Notes under the pieces: model-generated | What the model was told of the DNA's origin: nothing | The model's database searches: none | What the model saw: only the letters and a program-made list of their open reading frames with translations | In this document: one piece after another, positions 48,619 to 60,728 of the stretch | Numbering within the stretch: position 1 is the first letter of the stretch | Layout: every line of letters begins with the position of its first letter | Program-made: the position numbers and the translations under genes | Assembly: GCF_046105845.1 (NCBI RefSeq) | Contig: NZ_CP151004.1 | DNA: 64,000 nucleotides | Source of the DNA: Escherichia coli | GTDB lineage: Bacteria > Pseudomonadota > Gammaproteobacteria > Enterobacterales > Enterobacteriaceae | Reading direction: 5' to 3' (one strand)

Positions 48619-49317
48619 ATGAAACATGACCATTTTGTTGTTCAAAGCCCGGATAAACCTGCGCAACAGTTGTTACTGCTTTTCCACGGTGTCGGGGATA
48701 ACCCGGTGGCAATGGGGGAAATAGGCAGCTGGTTTGCGCCGCTATTTCCTGATGCGCTGGTGGTGAGTGTCGGTGGCGCGGAGCCGAGCGGTAATCCGGC
48801 GGGGCGTCAGTGGTTTTCGGTGCAGGGTATTACGGAAGATAATCGCCAGGAGCGTGTGGATGCCATCATGCCGACGTTTATTGAAACGGTACGCTACTGG
48901 CAGAAACAGAGCGGAGTAGGGGCTAACGCCACGGCGCTAATCGGTTTCTCACAAGGCGCGATTATGGCGCTGGAGAGCATTAAAGCCGAACCGGGCCTTG
49001 CTTCGCGCGTCATTGCCTTCAACGGACGCTACGCGAGCCTGCCGGAAACTGCGTCTACAGCCACGACAATTCACCTGATTCATGGCGGTGAAGATCCGGT
49101 TATCGATCTGGCGCATGCGGTTGCGGCGCAGGAAGCGTTAATCAGTGCCGGTGGTGACGTGACGCTGGATATCGTGGAGGATTTAGGCCATGCGATCGAC
49201 AATCGCAGTATGCAATTTGCCCTGGATCACTTGCGTTATACCATTCCGAAACATTATTTCGACGAAGCGCTAAGTGGCGGTAAGCCTGGCGATGATGATG
49301 TGATTGAAATGATGTAA
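48619..49317 (+). CDS. ypfH: Esterase YpfH
   Basis: 232 aa from MKHDHFVVQSP; GFSQG serine hydrolase motif. Confidence 0.9.
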   Translation: MKHDHFVVQSPDKPAQQLLLLFHGVGDNPVAMGEIGSWFAPLFPDALVVSVGGAEPSGNPAGRQWFSVQGITEDNRQERVDAIMPTFIETVRYWQKQSGVGANATALIGFSQGAIMALESIKAEPGLASRVIAFNGRYASLPETASTATTIHLIHGGEDPVIDLAHAVAAQEALISAGGDVTLDIVEDLGHAIDNRSMQFALDHLRYTIPKHYFDEALSGGKPGDDDVIEMM

Positions 49318-49324
49318 TAATAGC

Positions 49325-49395
49325 CGGGTAGGCCTGATAAGACTGTATCAGGCATCATGGCCGGATGTGGCGTGAACGCCTTATCCGGCCGCTCA
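49325..49395. repeat. REP element cluster (two units)
   Basis: aggcctgataagactgtatcaggc and ggccggatgtggcgtgaacgccttatccggcc. Confidence 0.6.
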
Positions 49396-49397
49396 GC

Positions 49398-49598
49398 TTA
49401 CTTCTTCGGTTGATCCTTTTTCGGCCAGTCGTCGTCATCGTCCCACTTATCGTTGAAATCACGATGCGGGGGAAGCTCCGGCTTGTTGGCGAGAAATTTC
49501 TTATGGTCGACGCGCTTGAGATCTTTAATCACGTTCAGCAGGACGCCTACCAAAAAGACAATCACCAGAATCCACCAATATTTAGCCAGCCAGTCCAT
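49398..49598 (-). CDS. ypfN: Small membrane protein YpfN (66 aa)
   Basis: [31 protein letters not shown]; single TM helix. Confidence 0.8.
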
Positions 49599-49625
49599 GC
49601 TTATTTCCTCTTGCAGAACCACTCA

Positions 49626-50753
49626 TCAGGCGACGAGCTGTTCCATGATACGTTGATACATACGGGCAAGTAGCTGCAGGTCGGCAGCGTTCACACATTC
49701 ATTAATTTTATGAATAGTGGCATTGACCGGCCCGAGTTCCACCACCTGCGCCCCCATGCGGGCAATAAAGCGCCCGTCGGACGTTCCGCCTGTGGTCAGT
49801 AGCTGCGGTTTAATTTCATTATAGTGCTCAACCGCGTTAACGACCGCATCCACCAGTTTACCTCGCGCGGTCAAAAATGGCTGCCCGGAAAGCCACCAAT
49901 CCACCGTATAGCGCAGTTGATGTTTTTCAAGCAGGGCAAGTACCTGCGCTTTGATCATCTCATCAGTCAGTTCGGTACTGAAGCGGAAGTTAAACTGCAC
50001 AAACAGTTCACCCGGAATAACGTTGTTACTGCCCGTTCCCGCCTGAATATTGGCAATCTGCATACTGGTCGCCGGGAAGAATTCATTGCCCTGATCCCAC
50101 TCAATAGCCACTAATTCATTAAGGAAAGGTGCTGCGCGATGTACCGGATTGTCAGCCAGATGTGGGTAGGCAACATGCCCCTGCACGCCATGAATGGTGA
50201 GGTTGCAGGTTAACGATCCGCGACGACCATTTTTCACCACATCACCTACCACTTCGATACTCGACGGTTCGCCGACCAGGCAGTAATCGAGACGCTCATT
50301 ACGCGCCATTAACGCTTCGACGACTTTTACCGTACCGTTGTGGGCACTGGCTTCTTCATCAGAGGTGATCAGAAATGCCAGTCGTCCCGTATGGTTGGGA
50401 TGTTGTGCGACAAAGCGTTCTGCAGCTACCACCATCGCCGCCAGCGAGCCTTTCATATCTGCCGCACCGCGCCCGAATAACATACCGTCACGAATGGTCG
50501 GTTCAAACGGCGGATTGATCCAACGATCGGCGTCGCCAGGCGGCACCACGTCGGTATGCCCGGCAAAGGCCAACGTTTCACCTTGCCCACGCCATGCCCA
50601 AAAATTCTGCGTATCGGCAAAATCCATGCGTTCAACGGTAAAACCGATCGCCTGCAAACGTTCAATCAACAAAGCCTGGCATCCTGCGTCATCAGGACTC
50701 AGGGAAGGGCGGCGAATAAGCTGTTGTGTCAGCTCAATAACCGGGCACGACAT
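49626..50753 (-). CDS. dapE: Succinyl-diaminopimelate desuccinylase DapE
   Basis: 375 aa; [20 protein letters not shown]. Confidence 0.95.
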
Positions 50754-50756
50754 AGA

Positions 50757-51131
<375 letters not shown>

Positions 51132-51493
51132 CTATGAGAATAAATACTCATTTAAGGGTGAAAACATTTTGCCTGCAAATGATTATCAGGAAATATAACA
51201 TTATCGAAGTATTAAAATTAACAACTATTAAATAATATTAAACATTTTTAACGTAAACATTAAGAATATTCATCTTGTTATCTGTCTGTATTTTAACCAG
51301 AATTAAATCAGTATTAGATGCCGTATGAATATCTCGAAATGTTGCTGTGTATCACATACAAATCATCACCGCAGGACCATAGTATTTACATAAGGTTTGT
51401 CCCCCGGAGGTAGTCATCGCAGCAATCGAGTAAATTAGCTTCACCACGGTATATTGTTTCCGTAGAATACCCATAATTATAAGAGAGGTTGTT

Positions 51494-51553
51494 ATGATTG
51501 AACGTGAACTGGGGAACTGGAAAGACTTTATCGAAGTTATGCTTCGTAAGTAA
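51494..51553 (+). CDS. ypfM: Small protein YpfM (19 aa)
   Basis: MIERELGNWKDFIEVMLRK with upstream RBS agagagg; recalled from K-12 annotation. Confidence 0.6.
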   Translation: MIERELGNWKDFIEVMLRK

Positions 51554-51618
51554 TTCCTGAGACAAAGTACAAACAGCAAGAACCCGCTGAGCAGGTTCTT
51601 AATCGGAAAGTTGAAAAA

Positions 51619-51646
51619 GGCGACACATTGGCATGTCGCCTTTTTT
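51619..51646. terminator. Bidirectional rho-independent terminator between ypfM and acrD
   Basis: ggcgaca cattggca tgtcgcc flanked by A-run and T-run. Confidence 0.6.
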
Positions 51647-51651
51647 ATTGC

Positions 51652-54600
51652 TTATTCCGGGCGCGGCTTCAGCGGGAAGCGGCGGCGCACCAGCACAAAG
51701 AACAGCGGCACGAAGTAAATAGCCAGAATAGTGGCCGAAATCATCCCGCCCATTACGCCAGTACCCACCGCATGCTGACCACCGGAACCGGCACCCGTGC
51801 TGGTTGCCATTGGCAATACGCCGAAGATAAATGCCAGCGAGGTCATCAGAATCGGGCGTAAACGCTGACGGCAGGCGTGGAGCGTCGCTTCAAACAGGTC
51901 GTGGCCTTTTTGGTTCATCTCGTTAGCAAACTCGACGATCAGGATGGCGTTTTTCGCCGATAAACCAATGACCGTTAACAGGCCCACCTGGAAGTAAACG
52001 TCGTTTTCCAGCCCGCGCATCCAGGTTGCCAGCAGCGCGCCGATAACCCCCAGCGGCACGACCAGCATTACCGAGAACGGCACCGACCAGCTTTCATACA
52101 GCGCCGCCAGACACAGGAATACCACCAGCAAGGAAATGGCGTACAGCGCCGGAGCCTGCGCGCCGGAAAGCCGCTCCTGATACGACATCGCCGTCCACTC
52201 CAGACCAAAGCCGTTTGGCAGCTGCTTCACTAACGATTCCATAATATCCATCGCCGTACCGGTACTGACCCCCGGTGCGGCTTCCCCGACAATCTCTACC
52301 GCAGAATAACCGTTATAGCGTTCCAGACGCGGCGAGCCTGTCTCCCAGCGTGAGGTCGCGAAAGCAGAGAAGGGCACCATGCCGCCATCTTTATTTCGGA
52401 CATACCAGAGATTGATGTCATCTGGCAGCATGCGATATGGCGCAGCTGCCTGCACATAGACTTTCTTCACGCGACCGCGATCCATAAAGTCATTCACATA
52501 GCTCGAACCCCAGGCGGTTTGCAGCGTGTCGTTAATATCGTCGATAGCAACGCCCAGCGCCTGAGCTTTACGCTGGTCGATATCGATCTGCAACTGCGGA
52601 CTGTCATCGAGGCCGTTATGGCGCACACGGGTTAGCTCCGGGTTTTCCGCCGCCAGCGCCAGCAACTGGTTACGTGCTGCCATCAGCGCATCGTGACCTG
52701 CCCCAGCGTGGTCCTGCAACTCCATATCAAAACCTGCAGAACTGCCAAGACCGCTAATTGCTGGCGGGCTGCTGGCGATAACGCGAGCTTCTTTAATCTT
52801 GTTAAACGCCTTCGTTGCACGCTCGATAATGGCAAACGAGGTGCCGGTCTTACTGTCGCGTTCGCTCCAGTCTTTCAGGCGGATAAACATTCGCGCCACG
52901 TTTTGCCCGTTACCCCCAGGGCCAGAACCAACGGTGGCAAACACCGACATGATGTTGTCTTTTTCATGGGTGAAGTAATATTTCTCGATTTGCTCAACGA
53001 CTTTCAGGGTCTGTTGTTGGGTTGAACCGCTGGGCAACTGTACCGAGGTAGTAAACATGCCACGGTCTTCAAGTGGCAAGAACGACGTCGGCAAACGCAG
53101 GAACAGGAACACCATGCCGCCAAGCAGCAGGACATAAATCACAATCCAGCGCAGGCTACGGTGGAGAATTTTCGCCACCCCTTTTTCGTAGCGTTCGGCG
53201 TTGCGGTTAAACATCTGGTTAAACCAGGCAAAAAAGCCTTTTTGCCCGTGATGCTCACCCTTTTTCAGTGGCTTAAGTAGCGTGGCACACAGAGCCGGAG
53301 TGAGGATCATCGCTACCAGTACTGACAGCACCATCGCCGCAACAATGGTAATAGAGAACTGGCGATAGATGGCACCGGTGGTGCCGCCGAAGAAGGCCAT
53401 TGGTACAAATACCGCCGAAAGCACCATCGCAATCCCGACCAGTGCCCCCTGGATCTGCCCCATCGATTTACGTGTGGCTTCGCGAGGAGTGAGTCCTTCC
53501 TCACTCATAATACGTTCGACGTTTTCCACCACCACGATGGCGTCATCCACCAGCAGACCGATCGCCAGCACCATCGCGAACATGGTTAAGGTGTTGACGC
53601 TGTAACCGAAGGCATAAAGTACGGAGAAGGTTCCCATCAACACCACCGGCACGGCAATAGTGGGTATCAGCGTGGCGCGGAAGTTTTGCAGGAACAGATA
53701 CATAACGAGGAAAACCAGAGCGATAGCTTCCAGCAGCGTTTTCACCACGTCTTCAATGGAGGCTTTAACAAACGAGGTGGTTTCATACGCCACCTTGTAT
53801 TCCAGTCCATGCGGGAAATACTGCGCCAGCTCGTCAAGACGATTGAGCACCAGCTCCGCTGTCGCCATTTCGTTCGCGCCGGAGGCCAGTTTTACCCCCA
53901 ACCCGGAGGCTGGCTTACCATTGAAGCGGCTAAGATAATCGTATTTCTCCGCCCCCATTTCGACGGTGGCGACATCGCCCAGCCTTACCTCTGAGCCGTC
54001 CTGATTCACCCGCAAGGTGATATCGCGGAACTGTTCTGGTGTTTGCAGCAGTGACTGGGCGTTAATGGTGGCGTTGAGCGCCTGCTTATCGACGGAAGGT
54101 GTACCACCAAGTTGCCCAACCGCAATCTGCGCGTTCTGTGACTCAATGGCATCAGTGACATCTTTAGCCGTCATCTGGAAACTGTTGAGTTTCGCCGGGT
54201 CCAGCCAGATACGCATGGAATATTGCGAACCATAGGCATCGATATCCCCGACGCCATTCACGCGGCTTAACGGATCCTGAATATTACTGGCAACGTAATC
54301 GGCAATATCCTGTTTATCCATCGAACCATCGGTAGAGACGAAGGCAATGGTCAGAATATTGGTATCGCCGGTTTTACGCACCGTCACGCCCTGATTTTGC
54401 ACCGCCTGCGGTAACTTTCGCATGGCTGATTGCAGCTGGTTTTGTACTTGCTGCACGGCTTCGTCCGGATCGGTGCCTGCTTTAAAACTTAAAGTGACAG
54501 ATGCCTGGCCGGTGCCACTGCTCTGAGACGACATATACATCAAATTATCGAGGCCGGTCATATTTTGCTCGATAACCTGGGTCACGGTGTTTTCCAGCGT

Positions 54601-54765
54601 CTGGGCCGATGCGCCGGGATAGTTAGCGGTCACTCGCACATTCGGTGGCGCGAGATCGGGGTATTGTTCAACGGGCAATGAAAAAATCGCCAGGGTCCCT
54701 GTCAGACACAACAGGATTGCCAGCACCCAGGCAAAAATGGGGCGATCAATAAAGAAATTCGCCAT
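51652..54765 (-). CDS. acrD: RND aminoglycoside/multidrug efflux pump AcrD
   Basis: 1037 aa; [19 protein letters not shown]; 12-TM RND architecture. Confidence 0.95.
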   Translation of the reverse strand: MANFFIDRPIFAWVLAILLCLTGTLAIFSLPVEQYPDLAPPNVRVTANYPGASAQTLENTVTQVIEQNMTGLDNLMYMSSQSSGTGQASVTLSFKAGTDPDEAVQQVQNQLQSAMRKLPQAVQNQGVTVRKTGDTNILTIAFVSTDGSMDKQDIADYVASNIQDPLSRVNGVGDIDAYGSQYSMRIWLDPAKLNSFQMTAKDVTDAIESQNAQIAVGQLGGTPSVDKQALNATINAQSLLQTPEQFRDITLRVNQDGSEVRLGDVATVEMGAEKYDYLSRFNGKPASGLGVKLASGANEMATAELVLNRLDELAQYFPHGLEYKVAYETTSFVKASIEDVVKTLLEAIALVFLVMYLFLQNFRATLIPTIAVPVVLMGTFSVLYAFGYSVNTLTMFAMVLAIGLLVDDAIVVVENVERIMSEEGLTPREATRKSMGQIQGALVGIAMVLSAVFVPMAFFGGTTGAIYRQFSITIVAAMVLSVLVAMILTPALCATLLKPLKKGEHHGQKGFFAWFNQMFNRNAERYEKGVAKILHRSLRWIVIYVLLLGGMVFLFLRLPTSFLPLEDRGMFTTSVQLPSGSTQQQTLKVVEQIEKYYFTHEKDNIMSVFATVGSGPGGNGQNVARMFIRLKDWSERDSKTGTSFAIIERATKAFNKIKEARVIASSPPAISGLGSSAGFDMELQDHAGAGHDALMAARNQLLALAAENPELTRVRHNGLDDSPQLQIDIDQRKAQALGVAIDDINDTLQTAWGSSYVNDFMDRGRVKKVYVQAAAPYRMLPDDINLWYVRNKDGGMVPFSAFATSRWETGSPRLERYNGYSAVEIVGEAAPGVSTGTAMDIMESLVKQLPNGFGLEWTAMSYQERLSGAQAPALYAISLLVVFLCLAALYESWSVPFSVMLVVPLGVIGALLATWMRGLENDVYFQVGLLTVIGLSAKNAILIVEFANEMNQKGHDLFEATLHACRQRLRPILMTSLAFIFGVLPMATSTGAGSGGQHAVGTGVMGGMISATILAIYFVPLFFVLVRRRFPLKPRPE

Positions 54766-54835
54766 TAAAAGAGGACCTCGTGTTTCTGCGTATCGTTGTA
54801 GGCTTGACTTGCTTCACTGTAGCGGCAAGGTACGA

Positions 54836-54853
54836 GCCAATCGTGGAGAAAAA
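54836..54853 (-). promoter_or_regulatory. BaeR-box upstream of acrD
   Basis: Minus-strand TTTTTCTCCACGATTGGC, 17/18 match to recalled BaeR consensus TTTTTCTCCATDATTGGC; about 70-90 bp upstream of acrD ATG. Confidence 0.5.
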
Positions 54854-54928
54854 AAGGAGTTAATGTAAATTATCATGCCCTTTTATACTGAACTTTAAGG
54901 GCCAGTATTCTTTGGTCAGTCGGAGGCA

Positions 54929-56629
54929 TTACATCAGCTGACTTTCCTCACCCTCCGCGGAGCGAAAGCTAATACTCACTAACGTGCCGCCGCCGGAAGG
55001 TTGTGAAAAAGTCAGCGTCCCACCCAGCCGTTCCGCGCGCTCGCGCATGATATTCAGGCCATAATGACCTTCGGGTTCTTTCGGTTCACCGATGCCAATT
55101 CCGTTATCACGGATATAGACCGTGTGATTGCCGTCCGGCGCGGTGACGCAACTGACGGCGATTTCGCTGGCGTTGGCGTGCTTCATCGCATTCAGCACCG
55201 CTTCGCGAATAATTTGCAACAAATGCACCTGCATTTGCGCATCCAGCGCCAGGGTTGGCAGACGGCAGTCGAGGGTCAGTTTGGCGCTGGTTTGATTTTG
55301 TAACGTATCCAGCATTTCCCTCAACGCGGAGGGGAGATCTGCCTGCTGCAGCGTCAGGCGGAAAGTAGTCAACAGCTCGCGTAACTGCCGATAAGCATCA
55401 TTCAACGCTTGGGAAAAATCGGCCATGATACTTTGTGCGGTGGCGTTATCTTCCGGTATCGAACGCTTCAGTAACGTCAACTGGATACGTAAGTAAGAAA
55501 GTACCTGAGCCAGCGAGTCGTGCAATTCGCGGGCGATGGTCGCACGTTCTTCCATCAACAGTAACTGCTGAAAATGCTTCTGCGCCTGATTAAAGTACAA
55601 ACCGCGTCCCAGCATCGACGAAACGCTGTTAAGCAGCGGTTCTGATGATGAAACGTGACTATTTTGCCAGTGCAGTTCGCCGTAAACCGTCTCTTGCATT
55701 GTCACCGGTAAAATCTGCATCGGCAATTCCGGGTTTGGTTGCCCTTCGCTAATCCGCCAGTTTTCACCGACATTTAACTCCAGATATTCAGCCGCTTCGT
55801 TGTCGCGAACAATCTGCAAAATATGGCGGAAACAATGCACATCAATCTGGCTGGTGTTCAGTGCCTGCGAACACTGATACAACACCTCCAGGCGACGCTT
55901 GGCCTCGTGGAGGTCGCGGGTCTTTTCTTCTACTGACGCCTCCAGCGAACGGTACAATTTATGCAGCTCGCTCGACATCTGGTTAAAGGTTTTGGCAAGC
56001 AGGCCAAGCTCATTCGGCAGGCTGGTATCCAGCGGCGGCGAGTCGAACTGCCCGTGTTCAATACGCTGACTGGCGGTAACCAGCTGATTCAGCGGGGCAA
56101 CCACCTGATGGCGTATGCGGCGCAAAGTAAAAAAGACCAGCGTGAAAATACCGATGCCGCCAGCCAGGGAAATCGCCACCACCAGCAGCATTTTGCGTTC
56201 AGCGTAGTGCTGTAAAGCCAGTACGAACAGGTCTATCTGATTAACATAATTATTAATATTGGCCTGATACCACGGTAAATCGCCCTTGCTGAGCCGATTA
56301 TTCATCTCCAGCCAGTTGGCATTCAGATGCGCGTAGCGGGTTTTTACTGCCTCTGGCACATACCAGACGTTGAGATTGGTTAATACCGGTGAATGCAGTG
56401 CCTGCTGAAATAACTGCCGATGTGCATTGAGTTGTGGACTGCCACTTTGCAAGTCGTAGCCCAGGCGGTAACTCTGCATACGCAGCGATCCGGCAATATT
56501 GATAGCCTCAGCGTCGCGCAAACTGCTCGCCAGAGTTAGCAGAGCGATACCCGTGGAAAGAATCGACAGCAGCACAATGTAAAAAAAGGCCCGGGCCAGA
56601 CTGGCCGAGACGGGTCGTTTAACAATCAC
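54929..56629 (-). CDS. narQ: Nitrate/nitrite sensor histidine kinase NarQ (GTG start)
   Basis: 566 aa; HAMP, H-box HDSLAQ, ATPase motifs. Confidence 0.93.
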   Translation of the reverse strand: MIVKRPVSASLARAFFYIVLLSILSTGIALLTLASSLRDAEAINIAGSLRMQSYRLGYDLQSGSPQLNAHRQLFQQALHSPVLTNLNVWYVPEAVKTRYAHLNANWLEMNNRLSKGDLPWYQANINNYVNQIDLFVLALQHYAERKMLLVVAISLAGGIGIFTLVFFTLRRIRHQVVAPLNQLVTASQRIEHGQFDSPPLDTSLPNELGLLAKTFNQMSSELHKLYRSLEASVEEKTRDLHEAKRRLEVLYQCSQALNTSQIDVHCFRHILQIVRDNEAAEYLELNVGENWRISEGQPNPELPMQILPVTMQETVYGELHWQNSHVSSSEPLLNSVSSMLGRGLYFNQAQKHFQQLLLMEERATIARELHDSLAQVLSYLRIQLTLLKRSIPEDNATAQSIMADFSQALNDAYRQLRELLTTFRLTLQQADLPSALREMLDTLQNQTSAKLTLDCRLPTLALDAQMQVHLLQIIREAVLNAMKHANASEIAVSCVTAPDGNHTVYIRDNGIGIGEPKEPEGHYGLNIMRERAERLGGTLTFSQPSGGGTLVSISFRSAEGEESQLM

Positions 56630-56834
56630 ACGCGTCTTCTCCACAAAAAATCATTAATGTTCCAGTTCGCTGAAACACAATTTAGTCAGTGATGGGATTA
56701 TTTGATCTGCCACAGTTTATAGCGAAATAGTTACTTATTCTGGGCACATGAACATTGCCGATTCCCCTGTAAGTCGGGTAATAACAACACTCATATAAAG
56801 AATAAGGTTTTTACAACCAAAAAAGAAGGTCGTT

Positions 56835-58814
56835 ATGAATCGTTTTATTATGGCCAACAGTCAGCAATGTCTGGGGTGTCATGCTTGTGAAATCGCCTGT
56901 GTCATGGCTCACAATGATGAACAACATGTCTTGAGCCAACACCATTTTCATCCCCGAATTACGGTTATCAAACATCAGCAGCAACGTAGTGCAGTGACCT
57001 GTCACCATTGCGAAGATGCGCCCTGCGCCCGTAGCTGCCCTAATGGCGCAATCAGCCACGTTGATGACAGCATTCAGGTCAATCAGCAAAAGTGTATTGG
57101 CTGTAAATCCTGCGTCGTGGCCTGTCCATTTGGTACGATGCAAATCGTCCTGACACCCGTCGCGGCGGGCAAAGTAAAAGCCACGGCGCATAAATGCGAC
57201 CTTTGTGCAGGGCGCGAAAACGGTCCTGCTTGTGTCGAGAATTGCCCAGCGGACGCACTGCAACTGGTCACTGACGCCGCACTCTCAGGCATGGCGAAAT
57301 CCCGCCGCTTGCGTACCGCACGTCAGGAACATCAACCGTGGCATGCCAGTACCGCGGCGCAAGAAATGCCGGTAATGAGTAAAGTCGAGCAAATGCAGGC
57401 AACGCCCGCGCGTGGCGAGCCGGACAAACTGGCGATTGAAGCGCGTAAAACCGGTTTTGATGAAATTTATCTGCCATTCCGTGCCGATCAGGCACAACGG
57501 GAAGCCTCGCGCTGCCTTAAGTGCGGCGAGCACAGCATTTGTGAATGGACCTGCCCGCTGCATAACCATATTCCGCAGTGGATTGAACTGGTGAAAGCCG
57601 GAAACATCGACGCCGCCGTCGAGCTTTCTCACCAGACCAACACCCTGCCGGAAATTACCGGACGCGTTTGTCCGCAAGACCGTTTGTGTGAAGGAGCCTG
57701 TACTATTCGCGATGAGCACGGTGCAGTAACTATCGGCAACATTGAACGCTACATTTCAGATCAGGCGTTGGCGAAAGGTTGGCGTCCTGACTTAAGCCAT
57801 GTCACCAAAGTGGACAAGCGGGTGGCGATTATCGGTGCAGGTCCGGCAGGGCTGGCCTGTGCGGATGTTCTGACCCGCAATGGCGTGGCGGTGACGGTGT
57901 ACGATCGCCATCCAGAAATTGGTGGCTTGCTCACTTTCGGCATTCCTTCTTTCAAACTGGATAAATCCCTGCTGGCACGCCGTCGGGAAATCTTCAGCGC
58001 GATGGGGATTCACTTCGAACTCAATTGTGAAGTGGGTAAAGATGTCTCTTTGGATTCGCTTTTGGAACAATACGACGCGGTCTTCGTTGGCGTAGGCACT
58101 TACCGTTCCATGAAAGCGGGTTTACCCAATGAAGATGCGCCGGGCGTTTATGACGCGCTGCCGTTCCTCATTGCCAACACTAAACAGGTGATGGGGCTCG
58201 AAGAGCTACCGGAAGAGCCGTTTATCAATACCGCCGGACTCAACGTCGTGGTACTGGGCGGCGGCGACACCGCGATGGACTGTGTGCGTACCGCGCTGCG
58301 CCACGGCGCGAGTAACGTCACCTGCGCTTATCGTCGTGATGAAGCTAACATGCCAGGCTCGAAGAAAGAGGTGAAGAACGCCCGCGAAGAGGGGGCCAAC
58401 TTTGAATTTAACGTCCAGCCGGTGGCGCTTGAGCTGAATGAGCAAGGTCACGTTTGCGGAATTCGTTTCCTGCGCACGCGTCTTGGCGAGCCGGATGCCC
58501 AGGGGCGTCAGCGTCCAGTGCCGGTGGAAGGCAGTGAATTTGTCATGCCAGCCGACGCGGTGATTATGGCGTTTGGCTTCAATCCACACGGGATGCCGTG
58601 GCTGGAGTCGCACGGTGTAACGGTAGACAAATGGGGCCGCATCATCGCGGATGTGGAAAGCCAGTACCGTTACCAGACCACGAATCCGAAAATCTTCGCC
58701 GGTGGTGACGCCGTGCGTGGTGCGGATCTGGTGGTTACCGCAATGGCAGAAGGACGTCATGCGGCACAGGGGATTATTGACTGGCTGGGGGTAAAATCAG
58801 TCAAATCTCACTGA
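56835..58814 (+). CDS. aegA: Fe-S / FAD-NAD(P) oxidoreductase AegA
   Basis: 659 aa; N-terminal 4Fe-4S Cys clusters, C-terminal GltD-like GAGPAG motifs. Confidence 0.93.
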   Translation: MNRFIMANSQQCLGCHACEIACVMAHNDEQHVLSQHHFHPRITVIKHQQQRSAVTCHHCEDAPCARSCPNGAISHVDDSIQVNQQKCIGCKSCVVACPFGTMQIVLTPVAAGKVKATAHKCDLCAGRENGPACVENCPADALQLVTDAALSGMAKSRRLRTARQEHQPWHASTAAQEMPVMSKVEQMQATPARGEPDKLAIEARKTGFDEIYLPFRADQAQREASRCLKCGEHSICEWTCPLHNHIPQWIELVKAGNIDAAVELSHQTNTLPEITGRVCPQDRLCEGACTIRDEHGAVTIGNIERYISDQALAKGWRPDLSHVTKVDKRVAIIGAGPAGLACADVLTRNGVAVTVYDRHPEIGGLLTFGIPSFKLDKSLLARRREIFSAMGIHFELNCEVGKDVSLDSLLEQYDAVFVGVGTYRSMKAGLPNEDAPGVYDALPFLIANTKQVMGLEELPEEPFINTAGLNVVVLGGGDTAMDCVRTALRHGASNVTCAYRRDEANMPGSKKEVKNAREEGANFEFNVQPVALELNEQGHVCGIRFLRTRLGEPDAQGRQRPVPVEGSEFVMPADAVIMAFGFNPHGMPWLESHGVTVDKWGRIIADVESQYRYQTTNPKIFAGGDAVRGADLVVTAMAEGRHAAQGIIDWLGVKSVKSH

Positions 58815-58881
58815 TAGCCTGCGCAGACAAACCCGGCTTCACAGCGTAAGATAATTGTTCATTTCGCGCTGTGGAGTCGGT

Positions 58882-59457
58882 ATGACGCAACAAATCACCC
58901 TCATTAAAGACAAAATTCTCTCCGATAACTATTTCACCCTGCACAACATTACTTACGATCTCACGCGCAAAGATGGCGAAGTTATCCGCCATAAACGTGA
59001 AGTTTACGATCGCGGTAATGGTGCAACGATCCTCCTGTACAACGCGAAGAAAAAGACCGTGGTTCTGATTCGTCAGTTCCGCGTCGCTACCTGGGTTAAT
59101 GGCAATGAAAGCGGGCAGCTGATTGAAACCTGCGCCGGGCTGCTGGATAACGACGAACCGGAAGTGTGTATTCGTAAAGAAGCGATTGAAGAGACGGGTT
59201 ATGAAGTTGGCGAAGTGCGCAAATTATTTGAACTGTATATGTCGCCAGGCGGTGTGACTGAGCTAATCCACTTCTTTATCGCCGAATACAGTGACAGCCA
59301 GCGCGCTAACGCCGGTGGTGGTGTCGAAGATGAAGATATTGAAGTGCTCGAGCTGCCGTTCAACAAGGCGCTGGAGATGATCAAAACCGGTGAGATACGT
59401 GACGGTAAGACGGTGTTATTGCTTAACTATTTGCAAATGTCACATTTAATGGACTGA
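58882..59457 (+). CDS. nudK: GDP-mannose pyrophosphatase NudK (Nudix)
   Basis: 191 aa from [11 protein letters not shown]; Nudix box. Confidence 0.92.
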   Translation: MTQQITLIKDKILSDNYFTLHNITYDLTRKDGEVIRHKREVYDRGNGATILLYNAKKKTVVLIRQFRVATWVNGNESGQLIETCAGLLDNDEPEVCIRKEAIEETGYEVGEVRKLFELYMSPGGVTELIHFFIAEYSDSQRANAGGGVEDEDIEVLELPFNKALEMIKTGEIRDGKTVLLLNYLQMSHLMD

Positions 59458-59489
59458 AAAATAACAATAATATTTCGTTGTTTATTATT

Positions 59490-59517
59490 GGCTCAATCCG
59501 ATAAATCCGATTGAGCC
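59490..59517 (+). other. Hairpin downstream of nudK
   Basis: ggctcaatc ... gattgagcc 9-bp arms. Confidence 0.35.
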
Positions 59518-59582
59518 GCGCTACCTGCGCAACGAAGATACGACTTGTGCTGTTTGTTTGAACTTCTGGGGTCGTACCGTCC

Positions 59583-60626
59583 ATGCGCTATCGCATTTTC
59601 CTTCTCTTTTTTTTCGCTTTGTTGCCGACGTCTTTGGTGTGGGCGGCACCAGCGCAACGGGCGTTTTCCGACTGGCAGGTCACCTGTAATAACCAAAACT
59701 TCTGCGTGGCGCGTAATACGGGCGATCATAACGGACTGGTGATGACCCTGAGCCGCAGCGCCGGGGCGCATACCGATGCCGTTTTACGTATTGAGCGCGG
59801 CGGGTTGAAGTCGCCGGATGCGTCTGAAGGGGAGATAGCGCCACGGCTGCTGTTAGATGGTGAGCCGTTGGCGTTAAGTGGTGACAAGTGGCGGATTTCA
59901 CCATGGTTACTAGTAACCGATGATACGGCAACCATCACCGCGTTTTTGCAGCTGATTCAGGAAGGGAAGGCGATCACCTTACGCGATGGCAATCAGACCA
60001 TTTCTCTGAATGGCTTAAAAGCGGCGTTGTTGTTTATTGATGCTCAGCAAAAGCGCGTTGGCAGTGAAACCGCGTGGATAAAGAAAGGGGACGAACCGCC
60101 GCTCAGCGTACCGCCCGCGCCTGCGCTGAAAGAGGTCGCGGTGGTTAACCCAACGCCGACGCCACTCTCACTCGAAGAACGTAACGATTTGCTGGATTAT
60201 GGAAACTGGCGGATGAATGGTCTGCGCTGCTCGCTTGATCCGTTACGTCGTGAGGTGAATGTCACTGCGCTGACCGATGATAAAGCACTGATGATGATTA
60301 GCTGTGAGGCAGGGGCCTATAACACCATTGATTTGGCCTGGATTGTGTCGCGTAAAAAGCCACTGGCCTCGCGCCCGGTTCGGTTACGTTTGCCGTTCAA
60401 CAGCGGTCAGGAGACGAATGAACTGGAACTGATGAACGCAACATTTGATGAGAAATCGCGTGAACTGGTGACCTTAGCGAAAGGGCGCGGATTAAGCGAT
60501 TGTGGCATTCAGGCGCGCTGGCGCTTTGACGGTCAGCGTTTTCGCCTGGTGCGTTACGCCGCAGAACCCACCTGCGATAACTGGCATGGGCCAGACGCCT
60601 GGCCCACGTTGTGGATCACCCGTTAA
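59583..60626 (+). CDS. ypfG: DUF1176 periplasmic protein YpfG
   Basis: 347 aa; signal peptide; K-12 synteny. Confidence 0.9.
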   Translation: MRYRIFLLFFFALLPTSLVWAAPAQRAFSDWQVTCNNQNFCVARNTGDHNGLVMTLSRSAGAHTDAVLRIERGGLKSPDASEGEIAPRLLLDGEPLALSGDKWRISPWLLVTDDTATITAFLQLIQEGKAITLRDGNQTISLNGLKAALLFIDAQQKRVGSETAWIKKGDEPPLSVPPAPALKEVAVVNPTPTPLSLEERNDLLDYGNWRMNGLRCSLDPLRREVNVTALTDDKALMMISCEAGAYNTIDLAWIVSRKKPLASRPVRLRLPFNSGQETNELELMNATFDEKSRELVTLAKGRGLSDCGIQARWRFDGQRFRLVRYAAEPTCDNWHGPDAWPTLWITR

Positions 60627-60639
60627 ACAAAATCCCAGA

Positions 60640-60722
60640 TGCGGCCCTAAAAAGCGCACGGACCGTCCCCTCGCCCCTCTGGGGAGAGGGTTAGGGTGAG
60701 GGGAACATACAGCATCCGGCGA
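60640..60722. repeat. GC-rich imperfect palindromic intergenic repeat (REP/BoxC-like) between ypfG and tktB
   Basis: cgtcccctcgcccctctggggagagggttagggtgaggggaaca ... gcatccggc. Confidence 0.4.
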
Positions 60723-60728
60723 TCACCA

